Source of the DNA: Patescibacteria group bacterium
GTDB lineage: Bacteria; Patescibacteriota; Patescibacteriia; UBA9934; GWF2-40-263
Reading direction: 5' to 3'
Assembly (NCBI GenBank): GCA_004297215.1
Contig: SCUM01000001.1
Span: 353,181 to 417,180, forward strand
Length of the DNA stretch: 64,000 nt
Of the stretch, positions 28,877 to 37,923 are shown in pieces. The notes below the pieces were generated by a model that had not been told where the DNA came from, did no database searches, and saw only the letters and a program-made list of their open reading frames with translations. Numbering within the stretch: position 1 is the first letter of the stretch; the number at the start of each line of letters is the position of its first letter. The position numbers were made by a program, and so were the translations under genes.

Positions 28877-29188
28877 CTAGCGGGCCGAAACGGCCTGACC
28901 GTTGAAGGCGTTCACCTGGCTCGAGAGCGACGCGATGTCCATGCTCGAGACCAACACGGCTCCCGAGAGCACGAGCATGACCGCGGCCATGGCAAGGAAC
29001 AGGCGGTTGGGGCCCAGCGGGAGATGGTGGCAGTCGCTGCAACCATAGGCTAGCTGCGGACCCGGCGGCGGTTCGATCGTAGGTTCGTCGGGGCCCTGCA
29101 GGAGCGACATGGGCCCGCCTTCGTCAAGGCTGCGGCGGGCATGCGTGCGGCGGCGCGCGCTGGTCGTGCTGATTCTTCGGGTGGCCAT
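28877..29188 (-). CDS. Hypothetical membrane protein
   Basis: C-terminal part of the 28877-30136 ORF from MATRR; CSDCHH then one TM. Confidence 0.5.
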   Translation of the reverse strand: MATRRISTTSARRRTHARRSLDEGGPMSLLQGPDEPTIEPPPGPQLAYGCSDCHHLPLGPNRLFLAMAAVMLVLSGAVLVSSMDIASLSSQVNAFNGQAVSAR

Positions 29189-29247
29189 AGGGATGTGGTG
29201 GGGTGATGTGATTGTGGAAAAGTATAGCACATCCGCCTGACGCGATG

Positions 29248-29973
29248 CTACGGCGAAGGCGCGAGCGGGGCGTCGGGAGGACATCCGGTCCCTCCCTGGA
29301 ACCGCACCGCCACGCGCGTGATCCCGGTCGGCTCGGCGACCTCCTTCGTGGCGACGATCTCGCGTCCGCGAACGAACGCGCCACCACACCCGCCACGCGA
29401 GAGCGGCTCCGCGACCAGGAAAAAGTCCTCGCTGCCCGGCTCCGCGACCGCGGAAAACGCCTCGTACCCGACGGTGCCGGAAGGCGGGAACGAAAGGAGG
29501 GCGTCGAGGAGCGCGGGCGAGACCGTCGAAGCGGGGCCTGGATCGGCCGGGGCCGCGGTCCAGTCCGACAGGCCGGCGGCCGCGTCCGCCATGAGACGTC
29601 CGTCGGCGCGGTCGTCCTGCGACGCGGCGCGACGCCACGCCCCCGCGGCCGGATCGTACCCCCACAAGGCGAGGGCGGCTCCGGGGAACCGCTTCGCGGC
29701 CCAGTCCGGGTCGTACGCCAACGCGACCTCGTATGGACGCATGGGCGCCGCCTCGTCGACCGTCACCCGATACGCGGGCGCGACGCCGGCGCTTGCGACG
29801 CGATCGGAGATTCGCTCCACGCGGATGGAGGAGAACGGACCCGCGGCCGTAAAGCGCCCGTCGTCGGAGCGGCCTTTGGCGCGATCGGGATCGGGCAAGG
29901 CGAACAGGGCCGTAGAGCCGAGGACGACGGCAAAGGCGAGGATGAGAGCGTGGACGGGCAGGCGGTCGTTCAT
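29248..29973 (-). CDS. Hypothetical secreted protein
   Basis: Signal-like N-terminus from MNDRLP; ATGA overlap with the upstream ORF. Confidence 0.6.
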   Translation of the reverse strand: MNDRLPVHALILAFAVVLGSTALFALPDPDRAKGRSDDGRFTAAGPFSSIRVERISDRVASAGVAPAYRVTVDEAAPMRPYEVALAYDPDWAAKRFPGAALALWGYDPAAGAWRRAASQDDRADGRLMADAAAGLSDWTAAPADPGPASTVSPALLDALLSFPPSGTVGYEAFSAVAEPGSEDFFLVAEPLSRGGCGGAFVRGREIVATKEVAEPTGITRVAVRFQGGTGCPPDAPLAPSP

Positions 29974-30209
29974 GAAACGCGTTTCCTCGCCTTGTGCGCG
30001 CGCACGCGCTCGCCGGCCTTCGCGTGCGAGTCGCGGCAGGGCGGATCGACGTCGCACCGCGCGAGCGCGATGGCGTCCTGCTGCTCCCCGATGCGGTCCT
30101 CATAGGCCAGCTCCTCGTCGTGCTTTTGCTCGGCATCCTGCGCGAACACCGCCACCGCGGCGCCGGCGAGCGTGAGGAGCATGGCGATCACGAGCCAGGT
30201 GAAAATCAT
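29970..30209 (-). CDS. Small hypothetical membrane protein
   Basis: 79 aa with N-terminal TM. Confidence 0.55.
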   Translation of the reverse strand: MIFTWLVIAMLLTLAGAAVAVFAQDAEQKHDEELAYEDRIGEQQDAIALARCDVDPPCRDSHAKAGERVRAHKARKRVS

Positions 30210-30247
30210 AATGACGCAGGGGGCATTCCTGCGTCATTCTACCATAG

Positions 30248-31303
30248 TCACGCCGCGTTCATGGCGGCGTCTTCCCAGGGCGTGCCCGGGCGTCCGAACG
30301 CGCCATAGACGGACAGGTCGCGGTACATCGGCCTCTCAAGGCTTAGCCTTTCCACGATGGCCTCGGGCCGGAAATCGAATGCCCGTTTCGCCGCGGCCGT
30401 GAGGTCCATCTTCGCGCCTTGGGCCTTTTCCCCGACCCCCCGCACCTCGATCGCAACGGGTTCGGCGCGTCCGAGCGCATAGGCGACCGTGACGGTGGCC
30501 GCATCGCATAGGCCCTGGTCAACGAACGATCGGGCGCACGTGCGGGCGAGATATGCGCCGCACCGGGACGCCTTGTACGGATCCTTTCCGGCCATGGGGG
30601 TATCGAATCCTGGCACCAGGCCGCCGTACGTGTCGGATGCCGCCTTGCGCCCGCTCATCCCCGAGTCGGCCCGGAACCCGTGCGCGGTGAACGGCCCGAT
30701 GGGATTCACGGACATCTGCGGCGGCTCCACGCCGAACACGGGCACGATGAGGCGTTCGATGAGCGCGCCCTGCACGTCACGCGGCGCCATGTTGCGGGCG
30801 TGGGAGGCGAGCACGGTGACACCCGCCACGCGCGCGCCGTCTAGCGTCACCTGCACCTTGCCGTCGGGCCGCAGCCAGGAGAACGCCGGGTCGAGCCGTC
30901 GTAGGTCATCAAGGCGGCGTGACAGCTCGTGCGCGTAGACGACCGCGCGCGGCAGCCGCTCGCGCGTCTCGCGCGTGGCGTACCCGCGCACCACCACCAG
31001 GTCGGACGCGCCGCGCGGCGCCTTGCGCATCTCGTCGGACGGCTTTTCCACGTTCACGAACACTTCGATCTCGTCCGTGTAGCCGATCTCCGCATACGTC
31101 TTCTTCGCAAGCGCGGACAGGTCGAAATCCGCCGCGGAATCCAGTTCCCCGGCCACCATCATCATCCCGTGGGACCCCATCACGCACAGGTCCACTGATG
31201 CCTTCGGATCGCGACGCAAACACTCGTCCACGATGGCCTCGGCCACCTGGTCGCACACCTTGTCCGGATTCCCCGCGCACGCGCTTTCGACCACTTTCAA
31301 CAT
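30248..31303 (-). CDS. metK: Divergent S-adenosylmethionine synthetase (MetK)-like protein
   Basis: GNPDK, GYATRET, RPDGKVQV, SGRK..DTYGG and GKDPYK; several catalytic residues altered. Confidence 0.8.
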   Translation of the reverse strand: MLKVVESACAGNPDKVCDQVAEAIVDECLRRDPKASVDLCVMGSHGMMMVAGELDSAADFDLSALAKKTYAEIGYTDEIEVFVNVEKPSDEMRKAPRGASDLVVVRGYATRETRERLPRAVVYAHELSRRLDDLRRLDPAFSWLRPDGKVQVTLDGARVAGVTVLASHARNMAPRDVQGALIERLIVPVFGVEPPQMSVNPIGPFTAHGFRADSGMSGRKAASDTYGGLVPGFDTPMAGKDPYKASRCGAYLARTCARSFVDQGLCDAATVTVAYALGRAEPVAIEVRGVGEKAQGAKMDLTAAAKRAFDFRPEAIVERLSLERPMYRDLSVYGAFGRPGTPWEDAAMNAA

Positions 31304-31440
31304 ATGGAGTGGGTGAAGGGTAGCCGTCCGAGCGCGGAAATTCAAGGGACGAACAGGGGAAACAATCGGGATAACAAAGAGCGCACCTACGGGGCATTGA
31401 GCAGATGGCTCTTTGCCGCGCGGGTGCGCGAGTCGACGGT

Positions 31441-31815
31441 CTATCGACCGTACTTCGTCTTGAGGTCTTCGAGGACGCGCTGCGTCCCCATCCGCTCGTA
31501 AGCATCGAGCACGTGCGGCGGCGGGGGCTCGACCCCGATGGTGCCCTCGCGGGTGTCCGTGCGGAACCACCCCTTGTGGTAGGTTCCATCCTCGGACTGG
31601 CCACGGAAGCACCAGCTCTGACCCGACCCGTCCTTGATACCGACCTCCGTGATGTGGAGCGTCAGCTTCTTGTTCTCCACCCACCAGTTCGACTTGTCGG
31701 TCGACTTGAGGATGAAGGTGACGGGACGGAGATTGTTCATGCTGCGCTCGAACAGCGCGAGCATGAGGTCGTACTTGCTGGGGCCGCTCTTGATACCGAC
31801 GGTGACAGATGCCAT
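31441..31815 (-). CDS. Hypothetical protein
   Basis: MASVTVG start with AGGAGG RBS; TTGACA-17-TATTTT promoter at ~31966-31938. Confidence 0.65.
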   Translation of the reverse strand: MASVTVGIKSGPSKYDLMLALFERSMNNLRPVTFILKSTDKSNWWVENKKLTLHITEVGIKDGSGQSWCFRGQSEDGTYHKGWFRTDTREGTIGVEPPPPHVLDAYERMGTQRVLEDLKTKYGR

Positions 31816-32035
31816 TCGGCACCTCCTGACTTGCTGAATACCTCCTTGGATGGTGTGGAGGCGAGCACCGTTACGCACCCTTGCGGATGCGCCACCTGCC
31901 CATACGGGTAGGAATTGCGTCGTGTTTACGACTGATAAAAATACCACAAAAACGCCCTTTTGTCAATAGTTGGTGGCTAAGGTTGACCTAAATCGAAAAC
32001 CCTCGGCGCGAACCGAGGGTTTTCGCATCCCGGGC

Positions 32036-32332
32036 CTAGGCGGTTGCGAACACGGACACGTCCCGCTCGATCCGTTTCGCGACGGCATCCTGCACGCAAT
32101 CAAGGTCATAGTGCATTTGCAGGTTCAGCCAGAACTGCGGGGTGGTGCCGAAATAACGCGCGAGACGCAGGGCGGTGTCGGAAGAAACGGACCGTGTCCC
32201 GTGAATGATCTCGTTAATCCGCCGTGCGGGAACCGCGATGTCCTTTGCAAGCCGGTACTGGGTCAGCTTATGCGGACGCAGGAACTCATGGTCCAAAATC
32301 TCGCCTGGATGAACGGGTTTTTGTTTTGCCAT
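32036..32332 (-). CDS. higA: HigA family antitoxin
   Basis: HPGEIL, RINEIIHG, ALRLARYFGTTPQFWLNLQ. Confidence 0.95.
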   Translation of the reverse strand: MAKQKPVHPGEILDHEFLRPHKLTQYRLAKDIAVPARRINEIIHGTRSVSSDTALRLARYFGTTPQFWLNLQMHYDLDCVQDAVAKRIERDVSVFATA

Positions 32333-32333
32333 A

Positions 32334-32615
32334 TCAGTGATAATCGATAATTTCTACGTCATGCGCGTATCCGTCCTGCCACCGAAAGCATATGCGCCAC
32401 TGGTCATTTATCCGGATGCTGTAACGATGCAACCGATCATGAAGGAGTTTCTCAAGACGATTCCCAGGCGGCACGACAAGGTCGGCTAATGCGCGTGCCG
32501 CATGGATCATCCTAAGTTTATAGAGAGCCGTCCGCTGAATGTCCGAAGGGATTTTTCTGGACCATTCTCTCTGGAACAGACGCGCGGTCTCCTTATCGGC
32601 GAAGCTCAGAATCAT
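32334..32615 (-). CDS. higB: HigB (RelE-like) toxin
   Basis: PPGNRLEKL, SIRINDQWRICF, EIIDYH. Confidence 0.95.
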   Translation of the reverse strand: MILSFADKETARLFQREWSRKIPSDIQRTALYKLRMIHAARALADLVVPPGNRLEKLLHDRLHRYSIRINDQWRICFRWQDGYAHDVEIIDYH

Positions 32616-32634
32616 AATAACGCGTCACGTTATT
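32615..32634. promoter_or_regulatory. Palindromic operator, probably bound by HigA
   Basis: TAATAACG-N5-CGTTATTA-like inverted repeat directly upstream of the higB ATG. Confidence 0.6.
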
Positions 32635-32916
32635 AAATGTCAATGGGTTCGTGGAGTACAAAAAAACTCCCCAATGGCCCATTTAAGCCGGAAGGGAGTC
32701 CTCTGTCGTCACCCCGATGACCGGTGGAGGTCTCACGAAGATGAGAAGATTTAATCATGTTTTTTTCGTTTTGTCAAAGGCGAGACAAAGCGCCTAGAGA
32801 TCCTTCAGGCCTGATGGCCTTCAGCCTGCCTGCCGGCAGGCAGGGATGCCACCGGCCTCTGCGGCCGGTGGCACTTATCCACAGTCCCCTCTTTTTCTGC
32901 CAATCTACGACCCTTG

Positions 32917-32960
32917 TGTTCGGTTTTTGTTCGGTCTACAATACGAACATAAAGCGAACA
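32917..32960 (+). promoter_or_regulatory. Candidate LexA boxes
   Basis: GTTC-N7-GTTC followed by GAAC-N7-GAAC immediately upstream of lexA. Confidence 0.65.
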
Positions 32961-33000
32961 GGAGATTGCTTCGTCGGCTGAAGCCTCCTCGCAATGACAG
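32961..33000. repeat. REP/RPE-like element (GAGATTGCTTCGTCG...CCTCGCAATGAC)
   Basis: Matches the widespread GTCATTGCGAG...GAAGCAATCT palindromic family. Confidence 0.65.
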
Positions 33001-33006
33001 ACTCCT

Positions 33007-33624
33007 ATGCCACCTCTCACGAAAAAACAGGCAGAAATCCTTGCTCACATCCGATCCCATATCGCGGAGCACGGGTACGCTCCAAGCTACCGCGAGATCG
33101 CCGAGAACTTTGGCCTCTCCTCCCCTGCCACGGTGCACCAGCATGTGAAGTCGCTCGCCGAGAAAGGGATGATCGAGGTGGGAGATGAGGGCGAAGCGCG
33201 CTCCATCGAACTCGTCGACACCGGCGAGAGCGCCTTGCTCGCGCTCGAGCTCCCGCTGGTCGGCCTCATCACCGCCGGGTCTCCCATCGAGGCGATAGAA
33301 GAGCGCGAAACCATGGCCGTGCCCGCGCAGTTCGTCCTCGACGGCGCAAACTCGTACGTGCTCAAGGTGAAAGGACGGTCGATGATCGACGACGGCATCC
33401 ACGACGGGGACTTCGTCGTGATCGAACGCAATCCAAGTCCAAGAAACGGCGAGGTCGTCGTCGCCCTCCTCGACAACGCGTATGCGACGCTCAAACGGTT
33501 TTATCGCGAGACCAACCGCATCCGCCTCCAACCCGCGAACAGCACCATGGATCCCATCTACGTCAAAGACTGCATCATCCAAGGCGTCGTGCGCGCCGTG
33601 ATCCGCAAGTTCCAGCCGGCGTAG
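33007..33624 (+). CDS. lexA: SOS repressor LexA
   Basis: PSYREIA HTH, ITAG cleavage site, GRSM and TLKR catalytic dyad. Confidence 0.97.
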   Translation: MPPLTKKQAEILAHIRSHIAEHGYAPSYREIAENFGLSSPATVHQHVKSLAEKGMIEVGDEGEARSIELVDTGESALLALELPLVGLITAGSPIEAIEERETMAVPAQFVLDGANSYVLKVKGRSMIDDGIHDGDFVVIERNPSPRNGEVVVALLDNAYATLKRFYRETNRIRLQPANSTMDPIYVKDCIIQGVVRAVIRKFQPA

Positions 33625-33723
33625 CACCTCCGCCCGCCGAAGCCTTGGCGAAGGCGGGTCCCCTTCCCTCACGAATCATTTCATTCCCTAGCCGCTGAGC
33701 CGTTCAGGCTCCGCCCATGCTTT

Positions 33724-33894
33724 ATGTCGTCCGCCACGCTCAAGTACTACGACGTCTCCATGGGATTCGTCCCGTTCCGCAAGGAACGCGAACTCGAACG
33801 GTCGATGAACCACCTGCGGCTGCGCGTGTCGCGCCGGCGCTTCAAGCGGGCCGTGCGGCAGATGCTGTCGCGCCTGGACTCGGTCGAGGAATAG
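33724..33894 (+). CDS. Small basic hypothetical protein (56 aa)
   Basis: MSSATLKYYDVSMGF...SRLDSVEE; its TAG overlaps the GTG start of dinB. Confidence 0.55.
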   Translation: MSSATLKYYDVSMGFVPFRKERELERSMNHLRLRVSRRRFKRAVRQMLSRLDSVEE

Positions 33895-35210
33895 TGGAAC
33901 GTATCACCATCCACGCGGACCCACCTTCGCCAAAGGCTTCGGCGGGTCGACATGCATGGCAACGGATCATCATGCATGTCGACATGAACAGCTACTTCGC
34001 CTCGGTGGAGCAGCAGTTCAATCCCGCCCTGCGCGGGAAACCGATCGGCGTGACCGGAAAACGTACCGAACGATCGGTCGTCGCGGCCGCCAGTCGCGAG
34101 GCCAAGCTTCTTGGCGTGAAAACCGCCATGTCCACCTGGGAGGCGAGGCGCATCTGCCCCTCCCTCATCATCGTGCACGGCGACCCGCGCAAGTACGCCA
34201 TGATCACCGAACGCTTCAACGCCATCTTCAACGACCATGCGGACAAGGTGGAGCGCTTCAGCGTGGACGAAAGCTTCCTCGACGTCACCATCGCCGCGCG
34301 GGACTACCTGGGCGCGATCGCCATCGCGCAGTCGATCAAGCACCATCTTCGTCGCGAGTGCGGGGAATGCATCACGGCCTCCGTGGGCATCGCTCCTAAC
34401 AAGCTGCTCGCGAAGGCCGCATCGGAACGCATGAAGCCCGACGGACTTACGGTGGTGAAACCAGGTGAGGAAATCGCGTTCCTGGACACGCTCGCTCTCG
34501 AGGACGTCTGCGGCATCGGGCCGCGCATCGCGAGGCGCCTGGGACAGCTCGGCATCACCACGATCCCCCAGCTGCGCGCCGCGCCGCTGGGACTCCTCGT
34601 GAACGAATTCAAATCCTATGGATGCTGGCTGTTGAACGCCGCGCGCGGCATCGATCCGGATGACGTGGTGCACGACCCTTCGACAGGCTCAGGGCGGCGA
34701 GCGGTCGCCCCGAAATCCGTCGGGCATTCCTACACACTCCCCCGCGACGCCTGCGCGCCTACCACGATCCGTCGCTACCTGCTCGGGCTGTGCGACAAGG
34801 TCGCCTGGCGGCTGCGACGCGACGGGTACGCGGCCCGAAGCGTGAGCGCCTACGTCCGCTTCGGCGACTTCTCCGGCGCCGGACGACAACGACGATTCGA
34901 TGAGCCCGTGAACGACGGGCTTTCCCTCTACCGCATCGCCTGGTCCTTGCTCACAGACCCCCTCATGCTCCCCCTTTCCAAGGGGGAGATAGCTCGTCCG
35001 GTCCGCCTCATCGGCCTGTCGGCTGGCAGGCTCGCGCCTGTCTCCGGACAACCCTCGCTGTTCGCCGCCGACCGCAAGCGCGAGCGCGTGAACGCCGCGC
35101 TCGATCGCGCCCAGCGCCGATTCGGCAGCGGCGCCTGGACCCGCGCATCGCTTCTCAATACGTCCATCCTGGAACGGACCAGCGGGTTCGCGTACGACCA
35201 CGAACTCTAG
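33894..35210 (+). CDS. dinB: DNA polymerase IV (Y-family)
   Basis: MHVDMNSYFASVE, SVDESFLD, GIAPNKLLAK; GTG start inferred. Confidence 0.95.
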   Translation: MERITIHADPPSPKASAGRHAWQRIIMHVDMNSYFASVEQQFNPALRGKPIGVTGKRTERSVVAAASREAKLLGVKTAMSTWEARRICPSLIIVHGDPRKYAMITERFNAIFNDHADKVERFSVDESFLDVTIAARDYLGAIAIAQSIKHHLRRECGECITASVGIAPNKLLAKAASERMKPDGLTVVKPGEEIAFLDTLALEDVCGIGPRIARRLGQLGITTIPQLRAAPLGLLVNEFKSYGCWLLNAARGIDPDDVVHDPSTGSGRRAVAPKSVGHSYTLPRDACAPTTIRRYLLGLCDKVAWRLRRDGYAARSVSAYVRFGDFSGAGRQRRFDEPVNDGLSLYRIAWSLLTDPLMLPLSKGEIARPVRLIGLSAGRLAPVSGQPSLFAADRKRERVNAALDRAQRRFGSGAWTRASLLNTSILERTSGFAYDHEL

Positions 35211-35770
35211 TCCGCGCCGAAGGTCCCCTTGATCACCTGTTCGCCCGGGTCAGGATTCCCGTCCTTTTTCTCAAGCGTCACGACCACGCGCGTGTAATCG
35301 TCGACCGTCCCGTCTTTCCCCCCTTCCCAACGCACCACGAATTCCCCGAGGTCGTTCGTGACCATTTCCCCGAGGGAGAAGAACTCGTAGGGCACCTGAC
35401 GGAGGAGCCACGCCTCGTACGCCTGGCTTTCGCGGTCGATCGCCAGTGGGGACATCACGAGCTCCACATAGGGTTTCCCGTCCTCTTGCCCGCGTCGGGC
35501 TACGCCGACCCTCACGCTCGAACGCACGTCAACGAGCGCCGCTTCTCGGTCTTGCCGGGCGGATTCAGGAATGGACGGGGTGATGGAAGTCGGCGTGGCG
35601 ATCGGGGCCGTCGAGGCGATGGAGATCGCCTGGGGTTCTGGCGTGCGGGCGCGGAAGGCTTTCACGCTCACGGCAAAGACGCCCGCGAGCACCGTCACCA
35701 AGAACCCGGTCACCAACACGGGACCAAGTCGGAAGAACCGTCGAGATGAGCGGACATGAGCGTGTCTCAC
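35207..35770 (-). CDS. Membrane-anchored hypothetical protein (anti-sigma RskA C-terminal-like)
   Basis: One TM; YEAWL...SLGEM...VVVTLEKKDGNPDPG; GTGA overlap with uvrD. Confidence 0.6.
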   Translation of the reverse strand: MRHAHVRSSRRFFRLGPVLVTGFLVTVLAGVFAVSVKAFRARTPEPQAISIASTAPIATPTSITPSIPESARQDREAALVDVRSSVRVGVARRGQEDGKPYVELVMSPLAIDRESQAYEAWLLRQVPYEFFSLGEMVTNDLGEFVVRWEGGKDGTVDDYTRVVVTLEKKDGNPDPGEQVIKGTFGAD

Positions 35771-37854
35771 AGGTCGTCTACGTTCCTTAGCAGCCCTCGA
35801 TACGGGACATCGGTCTTCTTCTCGCCGAGCGCGTCCAGCACGATCATCGGTTCCTCGTCGGTCCCCCACCGGGAACGGGAAGGCGGCGCCGTGCGCGGGG
35901 CATGCCGCAATCGTACCTCCTCGGCGAGCCCTTGAGGAAGCTCGGTCACCAGGGGCGACGGCGCGCCAATCGAGAACGCGTCGGTCATGGAGGCAATGGG
36001 ATAGGTGAGGAACAGCCGGCGGCGCGCGCGGGTGATTGCCACATACAAGAGGCGGCGCTCCTCCTCAAGCCCGTCTTGCTCCTCGAGCGCGCGCGGATTC
36101 GGGAACTTGCCGTCGGCGAGCCCCATCACGAACACGGCGTCCCACTCAAGCCCCTTCGCCTGATGGATCGTCGTGAGCACCATCTTTTCTTCGTCCTGTG
36201 CCTCGCCGCTCCCGCCGCGCGCCGCCCCGTACTGGTCGGTGAGCGACACCTCATCGAGGAACGACGTGAGCGACTCGTAGCCGTCGGCGAACAGGGCGAA
36301 CTGCTCCAGGTCGTCCAGCCGGTCGCGGAAATCCGGGTACTCGGCCTCGAGGTAATCGCGATAGCCGCTTCCCGCGACTTCGCGGATCATGCCGGATGGG
36401 CCGCCGGCGGCCGCCGCCTTGCGAAGCACGTCACGCGCCGCCTCCCAGCCGCGGGCCGCTTTTCCTGACACGGGACACCGCGCGAGCACGGCCTCAAGCC
36501 CCTCCGCCCCGCGCAGGCCGTCGACGATCTTCCCGGCCGTCACGAGCCCGATGCCGCCCTGGAGCGAGAGCACGCGCATCCAGGCAGCTTCGTCCTTCGG
36601 ATTCGCGATCAGCCGCAGATGCGCCACGAGGTCCTTCACGTGCGCGCGCTCGAAAAACTTCATCCCGCCGCGGTACTCGTACGGGATGTCGCGCTTCATG
36701 AGCTCGAATTCGAGCGACTGCGAATGGAAGCTGGCACGGAACAGCACCGCGATCTCGCAGAGCGGCGTCCCCTCGTCGCGGAGCTGGAGCGCCTGCTCGG
36801 CGATATACCGCGCTTCCTCGGCATCCGTCCCGGCCGGCACCAGGCTCGGCTTTTCCTCGTGCGGACGCACGGCCCGGAGCTCCTTCTTGAACTGGTCCCG
36901 GTTATGCGCGATGACCCCGTTGGCGAGCGCCAGGATGTCGGGGGTCGAACGGTAGTTGGTGAGCAGCCGGAAGGTGGTCGCCCCCGGGAACAGCTCCGGG
37001 AACGCCAGGATGTTGCGGATGTCCGCGGCGCGGAACGAGTAGATGCTCTGCGCGTCGTCGCCCACCACGAGCAGGTTGCGGTGCACGAGCGAGAGCTCGC
37101 GCACGATGTGCGCCTGCAGCGCGTTCGTGTCCTGGTACTCGTCCACGAGCACGTAACGGAAGCGGTCCGCGAGCCGGTCGCGCACGTCGGGCCTCTCGCG
37201 CAGGAGCTTGAGGAGCAGCACGAGCAGGTCGTCGAAATCCACGGCGTCGGACGCCGCCTTGCGCGCCTCATAGAGCTCCGCGATGCGCTCGACGACGGGC
37301 GCCAGGTCGGAAAAATGCGGATGCTTGATCGTGAGCGCGTCGCGCACCGGGATCGTAGCATTGCGCGCGTAGCTCGCGATCCCCTTAAGCACGGCCGGCG
37401 ACGGGAAGCGGCGGGCCGTCGTATCCACATCGGCCTCCTTCACGCACAGTTTGATGAGGTCGCGCGCGTCTTCCTCGTCGAGGATCGTGAACGACGGCGT
37501 GCGGCTGACGAGCGGCGCGTACTGGCGCAACAGCCGGTTCGCGACGGAATGGAACGTGCCGCCCCAGATGCCGGTGGCTCCCGCGCCGAGCAGCCCTTCG
37601 ACGCGGTCGAGCATCTCCTTGGCCGCCTTATTCGTGAACGTGAGCAGGAGGATCTCGTCGGGTCGGACGCCGCCTTCCAGCAGATACGCCACCCGATACG
37701 TGACCGTACGCGTCTTGCCCGAACCAGCGCCGGCGAGCACCAGGCACGGCCCGTCCCCGCCCTCGACCACGGCCAACTGCTCCGGGTTCAGTTCCCCGGC
37801 ATAGTCGATCTTGCGCGCTCCCGCCGGAGCGTCCTTGAGGACGAATTCCTTCAT
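35767..37854 (-). CDS. UvrD/PcrA family ATP-dependent helicase
   Basis: AGAGSGKT, VDEYQDTN, GDDAQSIY, TIHQAKGLEW and EERRLLYVAITRAR motifs. Confidence 0.96.
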   Translation of the reverse strand: MKEFVLKDAPAGARKIDYAGELNPEQLAVVEGGDGPCLVLAGAGSGKTRTVTYRVAYLLEGGVRPDEILLLTFTNKAAKEMLDRVEGLLGAGATGIWGGTFHSVANRLLRQYAPLVSRTPSFTILDEEDARDLIKLCVKEADVDTTARRFPSPAVLKGIASYARNATIPVRDALTIKHPHFSDLAPVVERIAELYEARKAASDAVDFDDLLVLLLKLLRERPDVRDRLADRFRYVLVDEYQDTNALQAHIVRELSLVHRNLLVVGDDAQSIYSFRAADIRNILAFPELFPGATTFRLLTNYRSTPDILALANGVIAHNRDQFKKELRAVRPHEEKPSLVPAGTDAEEARYIAEQALQLRDEGTPLCEIAVLFRASFHSQSLEFELMKRDIPYEYRGGMKFFERAHVKDLVAHLRLIANPKDEAAWMRVLSLQGGIGLVTAGKIVDGLRGAEGLEAVLARCPVSGKAARGWEAARDVLRKAAAAGGPSGMIREVAGSGYRDYLEAEYPDFRDRLDDLEQFALFADGYESLTSFLDEVSLTDQYGAARGGSGEAQDEEKMVLTTIHQAKGLEWDAVFVMGLADGKFPNPRALEEQDGLEEERRLLYVAITRARRRLFLTYPIASMTDAFSIGAPSPLVTELPQGLAEEVRLRHAPRTAPPSRSRWGTDEEPMIVLDALGEKKTDVPYRGLLRNVDDL

Positions 37855-37923
37855 GTCCGCGCACTGTATCAGATTAAAAAGCGACCCGACAGATGTCGAG
37901 TCGCGTGCGTCGCAGGGCGGCGA

